Source: Terriglobia bacterium
GTDB lineage: Bacteria; Acidobacteriota; UBA6911
NCBI GenBank assembly: GCA_020072565.1
Contig: JAIQGI010000014.1
Location: 16,327-80,326 of the forward strand
Reading direction: 5' to 3'
Length of the DNA stretch: 64,000 nt
In this document: piece after piece, positions 31,701 to 41,032 of the stretch
Layout: the number at the start of each line of letters is the position of its first letter
How positions within the stretch are numbered: the stretch's first letter is position 1
The notes under the pieces: generated by a model
What the model was told of the DNA's origin: nothing
What the model saw: only the letters and a program-made list of their open reading frames with translations
Databases searched by the model: none
Position numbers and translations under genes: made by a program

Positions 31701-32928
31701 TGTAGAGACCGTTTCCGTAGCCACCCCCGCCGAATGGCAGCCGGAGCCGGCGCCATGCGTGCCCACCCAATATGAATTGCCCTTGGAGGATGCCGTGGCG
31801 GAACCGGCGGCAGTGGCAGCATCACCCGCCGAGCCGTCAGAACCCGAACCTATCGACGCTCCCGATGTGGTTCCCGTGGCGGCGGACCCGCTGACAGTCT
31901 CACCGTCGGAACCCGCGCGCCCCCGCGTGGCGGACGCACTGCCCCAACGCGTCGCGGCGATTCCCCAATCCCGTGTGACACCGCGCGGCGCGGAAGGCGC
32001 CGACATGCCTCCACCACTGCCTCCGCTCCTTGACATTGCCATGCCGGCGTACACGCAGCGCGAACAGCAGATGCTGCGGCGATTCGAGTTCCCGTCGTAC
32101 CCATTTCCCGAGGCGGACGCACGTCAGGTGGCCGCGAATCAAGATCGTTTTCGCCCCGCGCTTCTTGGCATAGTCCGAGGGATGCTCGATCCGCAAATAA
32201 AGCAGGAGGTAATTGCCGGCCGGCACAACCACATGGGGTATGCTGCCGCGATCTATATCCTCGCGGGCGCCCGGGATCAGGCGCTTTGGCCGCTATTGCT
32301 GAGGGTGACGATCGATCCGGACCTCGCCCCTTTCCACCTGCGCTACGAAAAATGGCTGGACTTGCCTCGCATCCTGGCCACCGTGGCACCGCAAGATCTC
32401 GCACCCATCATGCGTCTCGGCGCGTGGCGGCCGCTTCCGGGCGCTTCCCGTGGCTTGATCCTCAGAACCTTGGCCTTTCTTTTCTTCTGGAAGCGCACAT
32501 CGCGTGAGAGTGTAGTCCAAACCCTCCGGCAAACCTTCGATGTCGGGATTCCAGCATCGGATCTCGATCTCTGGGACGTCGTCCTGGATGTCTGCTGTAC
32601 CGTGCATCCGCACGAGATGATGGGCTATCTCCGGCGGCAGTTGTCTCCAGCTGTTTGTCGCGGACTTGAAGTGAGTCGCGCGGACCTCGAGAATATGAAC
32701 TTGGTGCCAATGGATAGGGTGCTAGCCGACTCACGCGCCGCCGCCGCCGGACCGATCCGGGGTTGGGAGGACTTTGCCGAGATCGGGCTTGAGGGCGGGC
32801 GCTCCCGTGAAGAGGAATGCGATATCAAAGAAGCCGAGCCTATCCACGCGGCACCGAAGACAGGCCGGAATGATCCATGTCCCTGTGGGAGCGGGCGCAA
32901 GTTCAAGAAATGTTGCGGCGCAGGGTAA
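28738..32928 (+). CDS. 1396-aa multidomain protein: RelE/ParE-like N-terminal segment, SF1A (UvrD-like) helicase, ankyrin repeats, Pro/Ala/Glu-rich linker, unknown C-terminal domain, SEC-C zinc motif
   Basis: Helicase motifs are Walker A GSAGSGKT (aa 148-155), motif II VVDEVQDL, motif III LCGDSNQIV, motif IV NYRNTPEV and motif VI VAMTRAVRNLYII. Ankyrin repeats appear at NQTPLMVAARLGRKDLVRDLVAQGANTQARDNWGRVPLQIAL. The last residues are GRNDPCPCGSGRKFKKCCG, a SecA-type SEC-C metal-binding motif. The N-terminal segment FYRARLNDRDRLLFRFVAHGGKSHLVLLEVIRNHAYE is patterned like a RelE/ParE core. Confidence 0.8.
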   Translation: MEILRYSDLDTRGLEQYVEHATALLREGDFRGADARKMVGSPFYRARLNDRDRLLFRFVAHGGKSHLVLLEVIRNHAYEKSRFLNGAVVDENKLVPIPDAAQVPAGDLLPLSFINPKIQRVHVLDKILSLDDWQEAAYVQRLPLILIGSAGSGKTVLTLEKMKQMSGDLLYVTHSAYLAENARRLYYASGYENEAQNLSFLSFREFVETIHVPPGSVVDFRIFARWFARHRQASGLRDAHQLFEEFNGVLTGSPVTTPYLSRADYLALGVRRSIFTGDERPLVYDLFLKYLDFLKQEELADLNLLCFQYHEACRPSYDAIVVDEVQDLTNVQLSLILRTLRHPEKFILCGDSNQIVHPNFFSWAALKTLFYENRLKTSGEIIRLLNTNYRNTPEVTRLANRLLLLKNARFGSIDRESHYLVRPISENQGRVEFLADTDAVKREFDARTSRSTRFAVLVMRPEDKEAAGRCFRTPLLFSIQEAKGLEYENIILFNFVSGSAAVFKEVTEGVEPADLKADFSYARAKDKTDKSLEGFKFYINSLYVAMTRAVRNLYIIEQDTGHRLFRLLGLDLPGREVKLKTQDSSAEEWQAEAHRLEMQGKQEQAEAIRRRILETQPVPWPVITPDGLAQLEFEALNPQAYNRQAKLLLFEYAVMYSVPRLFPKLAALQFNPAFRADSERAAIENKYSQDCQGAHPVLNQKIERYGVDFRNPLNQTPLMVAARLGRKDLVRDLVAQGANTQARDNWGRVPLQIALRQAYSRPEYARSAIGEVYPLLAPSALKVRTGGRLVKLDSHVMEFFLLHSMLALFEDVVRRKVQVAFPAFETGDFVSALEPFPVNVIPEHRRRRPYLSGVLARNELHRGDPGNRQLFLRVSHGFYVPNPAMDIEIENAWINVCDLLHLDTMDEGAEKRLKDLLDVMRHVRKQGRLEDSSRLRFSPFHSTPVARTLDSIARKVRGEDVAWEDEWEAADPRSGATAPDVPFRQEPAVETVSVATPAEWQPEPAPCVPTQYELPLEDAVAEPAAVAASPAEPSEPEPIDAPDVVPVAADPLTVSPSEPARPRVADALPQRVAAIPQSRVTPRGAEGADMPPPLPPLLDIAMPAYTQREQQMLRRFEFPSYPFPEADARQVAANQDRFRPALLGIVRGMLDPQIKQEVIAGRHNHMGYAAAIYILAGARDQALWPLLLRVTIDPDLAPFHLRYEKWLDLPRILATVAPQDLAPIMRLGAWRPLPGASRGLILRTLAFLFFWKRTSRESVVQTLRQTFDVGIPASDLDLWDVVLDVCCTVHPHEMMGYLRRQLSPAVCRGLEVSRADLENMNLVPMDRVLADSRAAAAGPIRGWEDFAEIGLEGGRSREEECDIKEAEPIHAAPKTGRNDPCPCGSGRKFKKCCGAG

Positions 32929-33340
32929 TGTCTATGGCCACATTGGTCAGCCGAGCCGGCCCAGCAGTGACACAGCCCCCAATTGACGAAAAATATGCCC
33001 TCAGTTCTGGTCGTCCACCTCTGAAGAAATTCCCCAAAGGTCCCAACCTCGGCGAGCCGTCAAGCTGATTTGCTGGCTGCGTCAATCCGTCAATCGCCAC
33101 CTGGTTATGTACGATATCCCCACCACTCGCCCCCGACATCCACTTCTATCCGAAATGATGCTGTAAGCGCTTTTCATTCTCATAATTACCGACCATATCT
33201 TCATGACTTCCTCCAGTGCTACTGCACCATGATGGGAACATTTTGAAGCGGCGGGCGTCTAAGATTGTCAGACAATAAAGAGGGCTTTGTCGTCCTCAGT
33301 CATGAATGCAGTTCTTGATTGAAACCGAAAACGGATCAAT

Positions 33341-34288
33341 ATGCGATACCGAATCTTCGTGGTGATCGTTTTCTGCTTCTGCATTTTGGCACTGATGTTG
33401 GCGCGATACGACTCATCTCTCAGAGCTGCGTCAACAGGAGTCTCCGGTCCTGCCATCCAGCGCCGCAACTACTCACCGAACACAATCCGCTACTATTTGA
33501 GTACGGTCGAGGATTTCGCCAGACACTTTAAGAAATCTCCGGACAAACTTGGTCCGGATCACTTGCGTTCGTACCACGCCTATCTTCTCAGAGACCGCAA
33601 ATTGGCGGTCGAATCTGTTGTCGGACGTGTAGCCGCACTGCGTTTCTTTTTTATCCGCACCCTAAAGCGTCCAGAGTTCCGAGACGATTTGCCGTATCCC
33701 AAACGGCACAGGAAGCATCCGATCGTTCTCAGCCCTGAGGAAGTGGCAAAGGTGATCAATGCCGCTCGAAGTCTGATGCACCGCGCTCGGTTGATGGTGC
33801 TTTACGGTACAGGCCTGCGCCGGGAGGAAGTTTCCCTGTTAAGAGTTGACAATATCGATAGTTCCCGAATGACGATCCATGTCCAATTCGGCAAGGGAGG
33901 CAAGCAACGGTTTGTTCCGCTCAGCCCCGTGCTGCTGAACACGCTGCGCGAGTACTGGCGTTGGAAAAAGCCCAAAGAATATCTGTTTCCCGGCACACGG
34001 ATCCGGAACGGCAAGATCATGCCGATCTCGGATAAGACTGTCTATCATGCCTGTGTCACAGCTGCGCATCGCGCTGGCATCCGGAAGAAAGTCACCCCGC
34101 ATCTGCTGCGTCACACCTTTGCTACCCATATGCTCGAAAACGGAACGGATATCAGGAGAATCCAGGAGATTCTGGGCCATGGAGACCTGGCAACCACCGC
34201 CAGATATCTGCACATATCGCAAAAACATCTGCAAAGTATCGTGAATCCGCTCGACTCGCTTCCGCTTTCGCCTGTGGACAAAAGCTGA
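33341..34288 (+). CDS. tyrosine recombinase (phage integrase family) of the IS91-family element
   Basis: The catalytic C-terminus is present (HLLRHTFATHMLENGTDIRRIQEILGHGDLATTARYLHI; R..HxxR..Y). The first ~40 aa do not align to copy B, and the conserved LRQ.. segment appears in another frame, so a 5' frameshift or alternative start is possible. Confidence 0.6.
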   Translation: MRYRIFVVIVFCFCILALMLARYDSSLRAASTGVSGPAIQRRNYSPNTIRYYLSTVEDFARHFKKSPDKLGPDHLRSYHAYLLRDRKLAVESVVGRVAALRFFFIRTLKRPEFRDDLPYPKRHRKHPIVLSPEEVAKVINAARSLMHRARLMVLYGTGLRREEVSLLRVDNIDSSRMTIHVQFGKGGKQRFVPLSPVLLNTLREYWRWKKPKEYLFPGTRIRNGKIMPISDKTVYHACVTAAHRAGIRKKVTPHLLRHTFATHMLENGTDIRRIQEILGHGDLATTARYLHISQKHLQSIVNPLDSLPLSPVDKS

Positions 34289-34303
34289 ACACACTGCGAC
34301 GCC

Positions 34304-35509
34304 ATGACGAAACCCCCATTTGAGGTTGCCGACATTGTCCGGGTTCAAGGCCATCGATTCCTCGAGAAACATGGCTCCGGCATGGATTTCGAGCAGGTGA
34401 AAGCGTTCCGCGCCATCAAGGCTTGCCGCACGGCAGCGCTCGGGGGCCACATTGATTATTGTCCCGGTTGCGGTAGCTACGAGAAGAACTCCTTCAATAG
34501 CTGCCGCAATCGCAATTGCCCAAAATGCCAGGCGGGATTGCGTCAGCGCTGGATTGCAGAACGGGAACGCGAAGTCCTGGGCGTTCCCTATTTTCATGTA
34601 GTCTTTTCCGTGCCGCACGAACTCAATGTCTTGGTGCGGGATAATCATCGACTGTTTTACAGTCTTCTGTTTTCGGCAAGTTCGAAGGCCGCCGTGGAGC
34701 TTGCGGCCGACCCCAAGTGGCTCGGCGCCCAGATTGGCATTCTCAGCACCTTGCACACTTGGGGCCAGAACCTGACGACGCATCCCGACATCCACTGCGT
34801 GATTCCGCAAGGCGGACTTGCGCCGGACCACAAAAGCTGGATCCATCCGCGCTACCGATTCTTTCTTCCCGTCAAGGTCTTGTCCAAGGTGTTCCGCGGC
34901 AAATTCCTTCATGCTTTGAGGCGCCTCTACCGCAAGAAGAAATTGCGATTGGTCGGCCCCGCAGCCTGTCTGGAGGATCCGAAGTGTTTTGCGGCACTGA
35001 TCCGACGGTTATACAAAAAGTCATGGGTCGTGTACGCCAAGCCGGCATTCGGCGGCCCCGTGCAGGTGATCCGGGATCTCGGACGCTATACCCACCGCGT
35101 CGCGATTTCCAATCACCGCATTGTAAACTTTGACGGCGAAAAGGTGACGTTTCTCTGGAAAGACTATGCCCATGAAAGCAGGCAAGGGGCGATGACGTTG
35201 GAGGCGACCGAGTTTTTGCGCCGGTTCTTTTCGCATGTACTGCCGAAAGGATTCGTTCGCATTCGGCAGTTCGGGTTTCTGGCGAATCGTTTCCGTGTCA
35301 AACGCGTTACGCTTTGCCCCGAGCTGCTTGGCGATCCCGTGGAGCCCAGCCAGACCCTGGAACCGGAACCTGATCCCGAGCTTCCAGAACCAACTGCCTG
35401 GAGATGCCCGCGGTGCGGCACCAGAGTCATCAGGGTGCGGATATTCACGGCCGGAGATTGGTCTTCCCGAGGAGGCTTTACTGATGGACAAATGTGTTCA
35501 GCTTATTGA
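34304..35509 (+). CDS. IS91-family transposase (HUH Y2 rolling-circle)
   Basis: An N-terminal zinc motif (CPGCG...CRNRNCPKCQ) is followed by the HUH motif HTWGQNLTTHPDIHCVIPQGG and the Tyr motif [15 protein letters not shown]. Confidence 0.75.
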   Translation: MTKPPFEVADIVRVQGHRFLEKHGSGMDFEQVKAFRAIKACRTAALGGHIDYCPGCGSYEKNSFNSCRNRNCPKCQAGLRQRWIAEREREVLGVPYFHVVFSVPHELNVLVRDNHRLFYSLLFSASSKAAVELAADPKWLGAQIGILSTLHTWGQNLTTHPDIHCVIPQGGLAPDHKSWIHPRYRFFLPVKVLSKVFRGKFLHALRRLYRKKKLRLVGPAACLEDPKCFAALIRRLYKKSWVVYAKPAFGGPVQVIRDLGRYTHRVAISNHRIVNFDGEKVTFLWKDYAHESRQGAMTLEATEFLRRFFSHVLPKGFVRIRQFGFLANRFRVKRVTLCPELLGDPVEPSQTLEPEPDPELPEPTAWRCPRCGTRVIRVRIFTAGDWSSRGGFTDGQMCSAY

Positions 35510-36142
35510 CCGCTATTTGTGCCGAACCTTCGGCTCTGAACCGCATTTGTGCCAACATTCCGACGATTCTGGTTCAACCTCTCCTGCATCCTGGATTCAT
35601 TCAAAACCCATAAGCGTCCGCCGCAAGCAGACAGCGGCTTCCTTCAAGTGGTCGTTATCGGAAATGCCTCGGCAACTTCTCTTTGCTCGTATCCCATCGT
35701 TTTCTGCGCCGAGGCATTTCCGATGAACGCTAACAACTATACGCTCGCAATAATTACTTTGTATTGAAGCCTTTGGCTCAAGCACTTGGATAATAAGCCG
35801 TTATGAGGACGAAAAGCTGAAATCTATGAAACCATCTTTGCCGACGGATTTGTGTTTCTTTTCCTTCTAAAAACCTCTCCTCTGTTGGCCGACATGAGCG
35901 GAAATTTCTGCGCTGATGCCGGATATCTGGGGATATGAATTCAGCTTTTCAAAGGACATGCCGAATATGTTGCTCATCGTCTGTTTTGACTTCAGTCCTC
36001 CGTCAGGATAGATTATCTTCAAGTTCCTCGAATGAAGTGCGGACGCGGATGTTGATAGCGGATGTAAATGTCCATGGCGACACAGACCCGTACCATCTGT
36101 GTGCAATGTGAAGCATTACTTTGCTGACCAGACGACCGGAAT

Positions 36143-38047
36143 TCAGAGGTGCGGAAGCCGCTCCCGGGTCCAGGTCTGAATCAGTTCCGCCAGTGGCCCA
36201 AAGATGCGAACCGCCCCCATAAAGAAGAGTTGGGGGTCGCGATCCTGGTAGGCTTTCTCCAGCCAGTCGATGACCCGGTCTCGTTCTCCGAGGCCTGCGT
36301 ACATGCAGATTAGGCTTTTTGCCGGCACATATCCCCGCTCGAGTCTCGCCAGCAACCCGTGGAGCATAGAGGTCGCGGTGTCCAGGTGGCCCGCCCTGGC
36401 GTGCGCATGTCCCAGATATCCAATGGAAAGCGCATCCGGGGAAATCGCAGCGGCCTTTTCGAAAGCCTGAACCGCCGAGTCAAATCGTGAGTGCATCAGT
36501 TCCGACCACCCCAGGACGTACCAGGCCTGGAGAGCGTCCGGGAACAGATCCAGCGTGGTGCGTGCCTGTTGTCGGGCCCACTCGTACTCCTCCACAAACA
36601 GATGGATCCAAGCCGCATCCGCGTTGACGTCGAGAGATAGCGGATCCAAATCCAAGGCAAGCTTCGCCTCCGCAATAGCTTTGGCACGATCTCCCGCGAC
36701 TATCGCCAGAAACACGGCATAGTTTACGTGAGCGCCTTCATCGCTCGGATTCAAGTCAATGGCGCGGAGGGTCTCCGCCTTGCAGGTGGCCAAGTCCCAA
36801 TCGTGCAGCCAACTGACCCACCCCAGAACCCAATGAGCAACGCTCAGGGCATCATCCAGAGCGATGGCCTTCAGGGACGCCTTCTGGGCCCGGGGATAGG
36901 CCTCGGGGCCGGGCAGGTGTCCCCAGAAGCCCAGGAGAGAGTAGCATAGGGCCATGTGAGCATACGCCGGTGCGTGGGTGGGATCCTTTTCCAGCGCCAG
37001 GTGGAGACATTGCAGGCCTTTGTGAAACCCGTCCAGTGAGCGCTGGCCCAGGTAATGGCGGGCCTTGAGATAGGCTACTTGTGCTTCCGGGTTCACGGGG
37101 CGCTGGCGAGAGAGCCGCCCGACCTCGGCCGTGCTCAAGGTCACCTGCGCCGCCTCAGCAATGTCCCGCGCGACCTGCCCCTCCATAGTGAGGATGTCAC
37201 CCATCCGGCATGAGTAGGCTTTGGACCAGAGGTGCTGCTCGGGCATGGTTTGCACGAGCTGGGCAGTAATGCGGATGCTGTCCCCATCCACGAGCACGCA
37301 TCCCTCGACGACAAGGTCTGCCTTTAAATCACAGGCGATTTCCGCAAGCGTCTTGCGCGTGCCCTTGAGATGGAGCACGGATTGGCGGGAAATCACGCGC
37401 AACGTGCTCACGTTTCCCAGCTCCGTGGTCAGCGCGTCGGCCACAGCGTCGCCGAAGAAATCCTGTTCCGGATGACGGTTCAGATTCTCGAACGGCAGCA
37501 CTGCGAGCCTGGGTGGAACGATGAGCACCTGCTCGACCGGCGCGATGAAGCGATAGCCACGGTGATGCAGCGTCTCGATATACCTGGGTTTGCGGGCACC
37601 ATCCCGAAGCGCATCCCTCAACCGATTCACCGCGCTGTTCAGGCTGTTGTCGAAGTCGACGGAAACGCCGTCCGGCCAGAGCCGCTGCCTCAAATCCTGG
37701 CGCGTCACAAGTTCGTCGGGATGCTCCAGCAGTGCCACGAGCGCCTCGAAAGATTTGCCCTGGACTTGGATCCGCAGGCCGTTTTTACGCAGCTCACCCG
37801 CAGGCACATCGACCTTGTAGGGGCCGAAGGTAAACCGTTTGACACGGGTTTTTGCCTGACTCACAGTGGATTCACCATAGCGCCCACCGCAATCCGGAGT
37901 CAAGCCTCCTGAAATCATCGTCTTGCGTCGTGAGAAACATTCAAGAAGGAAACAAGAATCACAGCCAAGGATTGTGGCGCAAAATCGGTCTCGGTAAGAC
38001 GTTCCATATGAAGCGCAGAATGCCGGATACGGCCCCAAGCGGCACAT
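36143..38047 (-). CDS. winged-helix (OmpR/CadC-type trans_reg_C) DNA-binding regulator with C-terminal TPR domain
   Basis: The N-terminal segment FGPYKVDVPAGELRKNGLRIQVQGKSFEALVALLEHPDELVTRQDLRQRLWPDGVSVDFDNSLNSAVNRLRDAL...YIETLHHRGYRFIA is a canonical OmpR C-terminal wHTH. It is followed by ~400 aa of TPR-like helices. The true start is probably internal (MISGG.. or later). Confidence 0.7.
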   Translation of the reverse strand: MCRLGPYPAFCASYGTSYRDRFCATILGCDSCFLLECFSRRKTMISGGLTPDCGGRYGESTVSQAKTRVKRFTFGPYKVDVPAGELRKNGLRIQVQGKSFEALVALLEHPDELVTRQDLRQRLWPDGVSVDFDNSLNSAVNRLRDALRDGARKPRYIETLHHRGYRFIAPVEQVLIVPPRLAVLPFENLNRHPEQDFFGDAVADALTTELGNVSTLRVISRQSVLHLKGTRKTLAEIACDLKADLVVEGCVLVDGDSIRITAQLVQTMPEQHLWSKAYSCRMGDILTMEGQVARDIAEAAQVTLSTAEVGRLSRQRPVNPEAQVAYLKARHYLGQRSLDGFHKGLQCLHLALEKDPTHAPAYAHMALCYSLLGFWGHLPGPEAYPRAQKASLKAIALDDALSVAHWVLGWVSWLHDWDLATCKAETLRAIDLNPSDEGAHVNYAVFLAIVAGDRAKAIAEAKLALDLDPLSLDVNADAAWIHLFVEEYEWARQQARTTLDLFPDALQAWYVLGWSELMHSRFDSAVQAFEKAAAISPDALSIGYLGHAHARAGHLDTATSMLHGLLARLERGYVPAKSLICMYAGLGERDRVIDWLEKAYQDRDPQLFFMGAVRIFGPLAELIQTWTRERLPHL

Positions 38048-38228
38048 ACTTCAGATGCGCGTTCTTCTCCTGTGAATCCAGCTGGCAGTGCAACACGTTA
38101 AGGCGGCGGCACTGCTGGGCGCATCCTACCCAACACTTGCCGATCCCCATTCGCAAATTACTTTGTAGCCCAACGTCGGCCCTGAGGGCTTGGCCGCAAG
38201 GGCTACGCAACCAGAAAAGAGGTGTGGA

Positions 38229-38765
38229 ATGACGACCAGAAACATGCGATTCTCCGTCGCCATCCTGGCAGTGCTCATCACCGCCGGGGTTAGCGCATCC
38301 ATCGCTCAGGAGACCGGACCGGTCTACTCGATGGAAGGGTCTTGGTACGGAATAGTTTCGATCACAAGTCCGACGGCCATGTCTACGCCGTCCCTCGACA
38401 CTTTCACCTCAAACTCTCAGAGGCGCGCCGTCGAAGGCACGTTTATTTGCACCATCCCCGCAGTTGGCAAGATGCCGAACCCTATGAATGCGAATGGATG
38501 GCTGGGTACGACTGCCTCGGGACACGGCAACTGGGTGCGAATCGGCACGAACAAGTACGCATTCACAGCCGTGAGGACGGTTTTCGATGAGACCGGGAAG
38601 TTGTTCGGCTGGGCGAAATTCTGGGGGACCATCACCCCCATTTCGGATAACGAATATACGGGTACGATGAACGCACAGTACTATTTGCCCAATGGCACCC
38701 CGTTCACGCCGCTGTTCACTGGCACCCTGCATTCGACACGGATCGAGATCACCTTTGAGCAGTAG
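38229..38765 (+). CDS. hypothetical secreted protein
   Basis: A signal peptide (MRFSVAILAVLITAGVSASIAQE) precedes a beta-rich body with no known motif. The gene is divergent from the regulator at 36143..38047. Confidence 0.45.
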   Translation: MTTRNMRFSVAILAVLITAGVSASIAQETGPVYSMEGSWYGIVSITSPTAMSTPSLDTFTSNSQRRAVEGTFICTIPAVGKMPNPMNANGWLGTTASGHGNWVRIGTNKYAFTAVRTVFDETGKLFGWAKFWGTITPISDNEYTGTMNAQYYLPNGTPFTPLFTGTLHSTRIEITFEQ

Positions 38766-39700
38766 GGCAGAATCATGCAGGTAACGCCAACCCACGTATG
38801 GGCTGCCGCTGCTTGTTGCTGACACGGGGAACTCGAATTCGGCAGGGCCGGTCTTGATCCAGATCATCTCTGTCGGCTGAGTCTGTCAGACTGGCGAGGG
38901 CCGCTTTTCGGGGCGGCCTTTTCAGTTCAAACCATTGATCTGGCTCCTTTGTCGACAGACGTCCATCGGAGAACGCGTTCAAAGTTTTGCTGCGCACATA
39001 TCCGTGGAGGTGTGCCGCATGGCCCATACCCTCTCTGGGGGGTGGGCGCGTAGAACGGCGGAGGATCGAGGTCTTTGACGTATTTAAGGTGTTTCTCTAG
39101 TGAAGGCTCCAGTGTAGCTCTAACGCAATGACCCAGAGGTCGGGATTTGCTCCCCACTGGAAGGGACAATTTGCTGCAGTAGGACCACGCCCCACTGCAA
39201 CCTCATCAGAGCGGGAGGAACGCGCTGCCTTGAGGCAGCGTGGTACGAGGGGACACACCGCACCACGGAGCGAGGTGCTGATGCTTCGCTGGCCTACAAC
39301 GTGCAGAACGGCGTACGACAATACACGAGCTTCGCGGCAACTTTGGTTCCACGCGGGCGGTTAACGTTAGATCTCTATCGGAAGTGCTCCGGCGGATAAT
39401 CCACGATCGTGGCACGAGGTCGCGTCCGGAGCACTTTTGATAGAGACGTTTGAAGTGAGCCGCTGGCGCAGCGTCCGACAGGGCGCTCCCTATGGGTTTT
39501 CTATCATCGCGGGGGATGAAAGAAATCGTGGCTGAGAACTCCGATTTGGCTCTTTTCGGCGGTGCTTCATAAACAGCACGGAGAAATTGTGTTCTAAAAC
39601 GGGGTCAATTACCCAGGAAAAGGGCGATTTTTCGTGGTTTGGGCAAGCCTCCGGCAGATACGGAACATTCGGCACAGACGAGGCCGGGCCGGGTCGAACA

Positions 39701-40954
39701 TCAAGAGCTGTCAGCGGCATATTCCATCCTATTTAGCACGGACCGGATCTGTGCGGCGGTCAGACGTTCGATGATGCACATGGTCCCGTGACAGCGAGGG
39801 CACTTGGCAACCTGCGGTTCATCGGGTTCGGCCGTTGGCGCCGGGTGATGGAGTAAGGTTCGGCAAATCGGCAGCAGTTCTCCGCACCGGCGATTGGCAA
39901 GCCAGCCAAAATAGCGAATGCGTGGCAGCCCCTTCGGTAGCACATGCTGCAGGAAGCGGCGCAAAAACTTCTCGTGGGTGAGTGTCTTGGTGCGTTGCAC
40001 GCCGTTATGGGCGTAATCCTTCCATTGAAAGGTCACATGGGACTCATCAACGGAGGCGATTCGATGGTTGGATATGGCAACACGATGGGTGTAGCGAGCC
40101 AGATACTGAAGCACGTGCTCGGGGCCGCCGAAGGGCGGCTTGGAGTAGACGACCCAGTCCTGTTCCGACAGAGGTTTCAAAAACGCGGCAAACGCTTCCC
40201 CATTGGCTAACGGCTCGCACTTTCCGTAAAAGGACAGTTTGTCTGCCAGATGCGCCTGCCTCAGTCCATCCACAAACTTGTCGCGAAAGGTACGGCTGAG
40301 AACCTTGACCGGCACGAAGTAACGGGGATGCGACGAGATCCAGCGGCTGTGATCCGGGGACAGACCGCCACCGGGCACCACGCAATGAATGTGCGGATGC
40401 CTCTGTAGAGTCTGCCCCCAGGTATGCAAAATGCAGAGAAAGCCGATTTCCATACCTCGACGCTTATGATCGGAAGCCACTTCCAGGAGAGTAGCCGCGG
40501 TAGCCTGGAAGAAAAGCGAAAGCAGGAGTTTCTTGTTTTGCCAGATCAACGGGACCAGGCGGTGCGGGATGCTGAAAACGATGTCGTAGTACCCGACGGG
40601 CAGCAACTCTTGTTGCCGTTTGCGGAGCCACTTCTCGCGTGCATTGACTTGACACTTCGGGCAGTGGCGATTGCGACAGGAAAAGAACGAGATAGCCTGA
40701 TACCCGCAACTGGCACATCGATCACGATGCCCACCAAGAGCGGCGGTGCGGCAGCTCACGATGGCATGGAGCACCTTGAGCTGTCCCCACAGCTCAGCGT
40801 CTCCCCGAGGCGCTCCCACAGTTTGCTGCCCGCCATGCGAATGACATCGGCCACCTCCCAGAGGGGCCGAGCCATTAGTGATTGTCCTCCGGTGGGTAGT
40901 GCAGTTCGGAATGGCTGCGAAGCGTGATCTGCTCAAGAGGATTGATAACCGCAC
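39701..40954 (-). CDS. IS91-family transposase (copy B); N-terminus possibly frameshifted
   Basis: The HUH and Tyr motifs are conserved ([21 protein letters not shown]; [14 protein letters not shown]). Hand translation shows the expected N-terminus [25 protein letters not shown] in a different frame starting at 40875, so the gene may be a pseudogene or carry a sequencing indel. Confidence 0.5.
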   Translation of the reverse strand: MRLSILLSRSRFAAIPNCTTHRRTITNGSAPLGGGRCHSHGGQQTVGAPRGDAELWGQLKVLHAIVSCRTAALGGHRDRCASCGYQAISFFSCRNRHCPKCQVNAREKWLRKRQQELLPVGYYDIVFSIPHRLVPLIWQNKKLLLSLFFQATAATLLEVASDHKRRGMEIGFLCILHTWGQTLQRHPHIHCVVPGGGLSPDHSRWISSHPRYFVPVKVLSRTFRDKFVDGLRQAHLADKLSFYGKCEPLANGEAFAAFLKPLSEQDWVVYSKPPFGGPEHVLQYLARYTHRVAISNHRIASVDESHVTFQWKDYAHNGVQRTKTLTHEKFLRRFLQHVLPKGLPRIRYFGWLANRRCGELLPICRTLLHHPAPTAEPDEPQVAKCPRCHGTMCIIERLTAAQIRSVLNRMEYAADSS

Positions 40955-41032
40955 GAAGATGACGCTGCGACAGATGCAAATAGATCGCGGTTTCTTTCAG
41001 GCAGGAATGCCCCAGGAGAAGCTGAATGGTTC

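Larger units (their letters stand above)
33341..35724 (+). mobile_element. IS91-family insertion sequence (copy A) with upstream tyrosine recombinase ORF
   Basis: A phage-integrase-family ORF (33341..34288) is immediately followed by an IS91-type HUH/Y2 rolling-circle transposase (34304..35509). A 17-bp perfect inverted-repeat hairpin (35657-35673 and 35708-35724) lies downstream, as expected for an ori/ter end. Confidence 0.6.

Noticed and set aside
31660-32040. Possible nucleotide-level tandem repeat in the Pro/Ala/Glu-rich part of the giant gene
   Set aside because: Inspection shows low-complexity amino-acid composition (PEPxxP, AEP) but no periodic DNA repeat. It is interpreted as a disordered linker, not a VNTR or CRISPR-like array.
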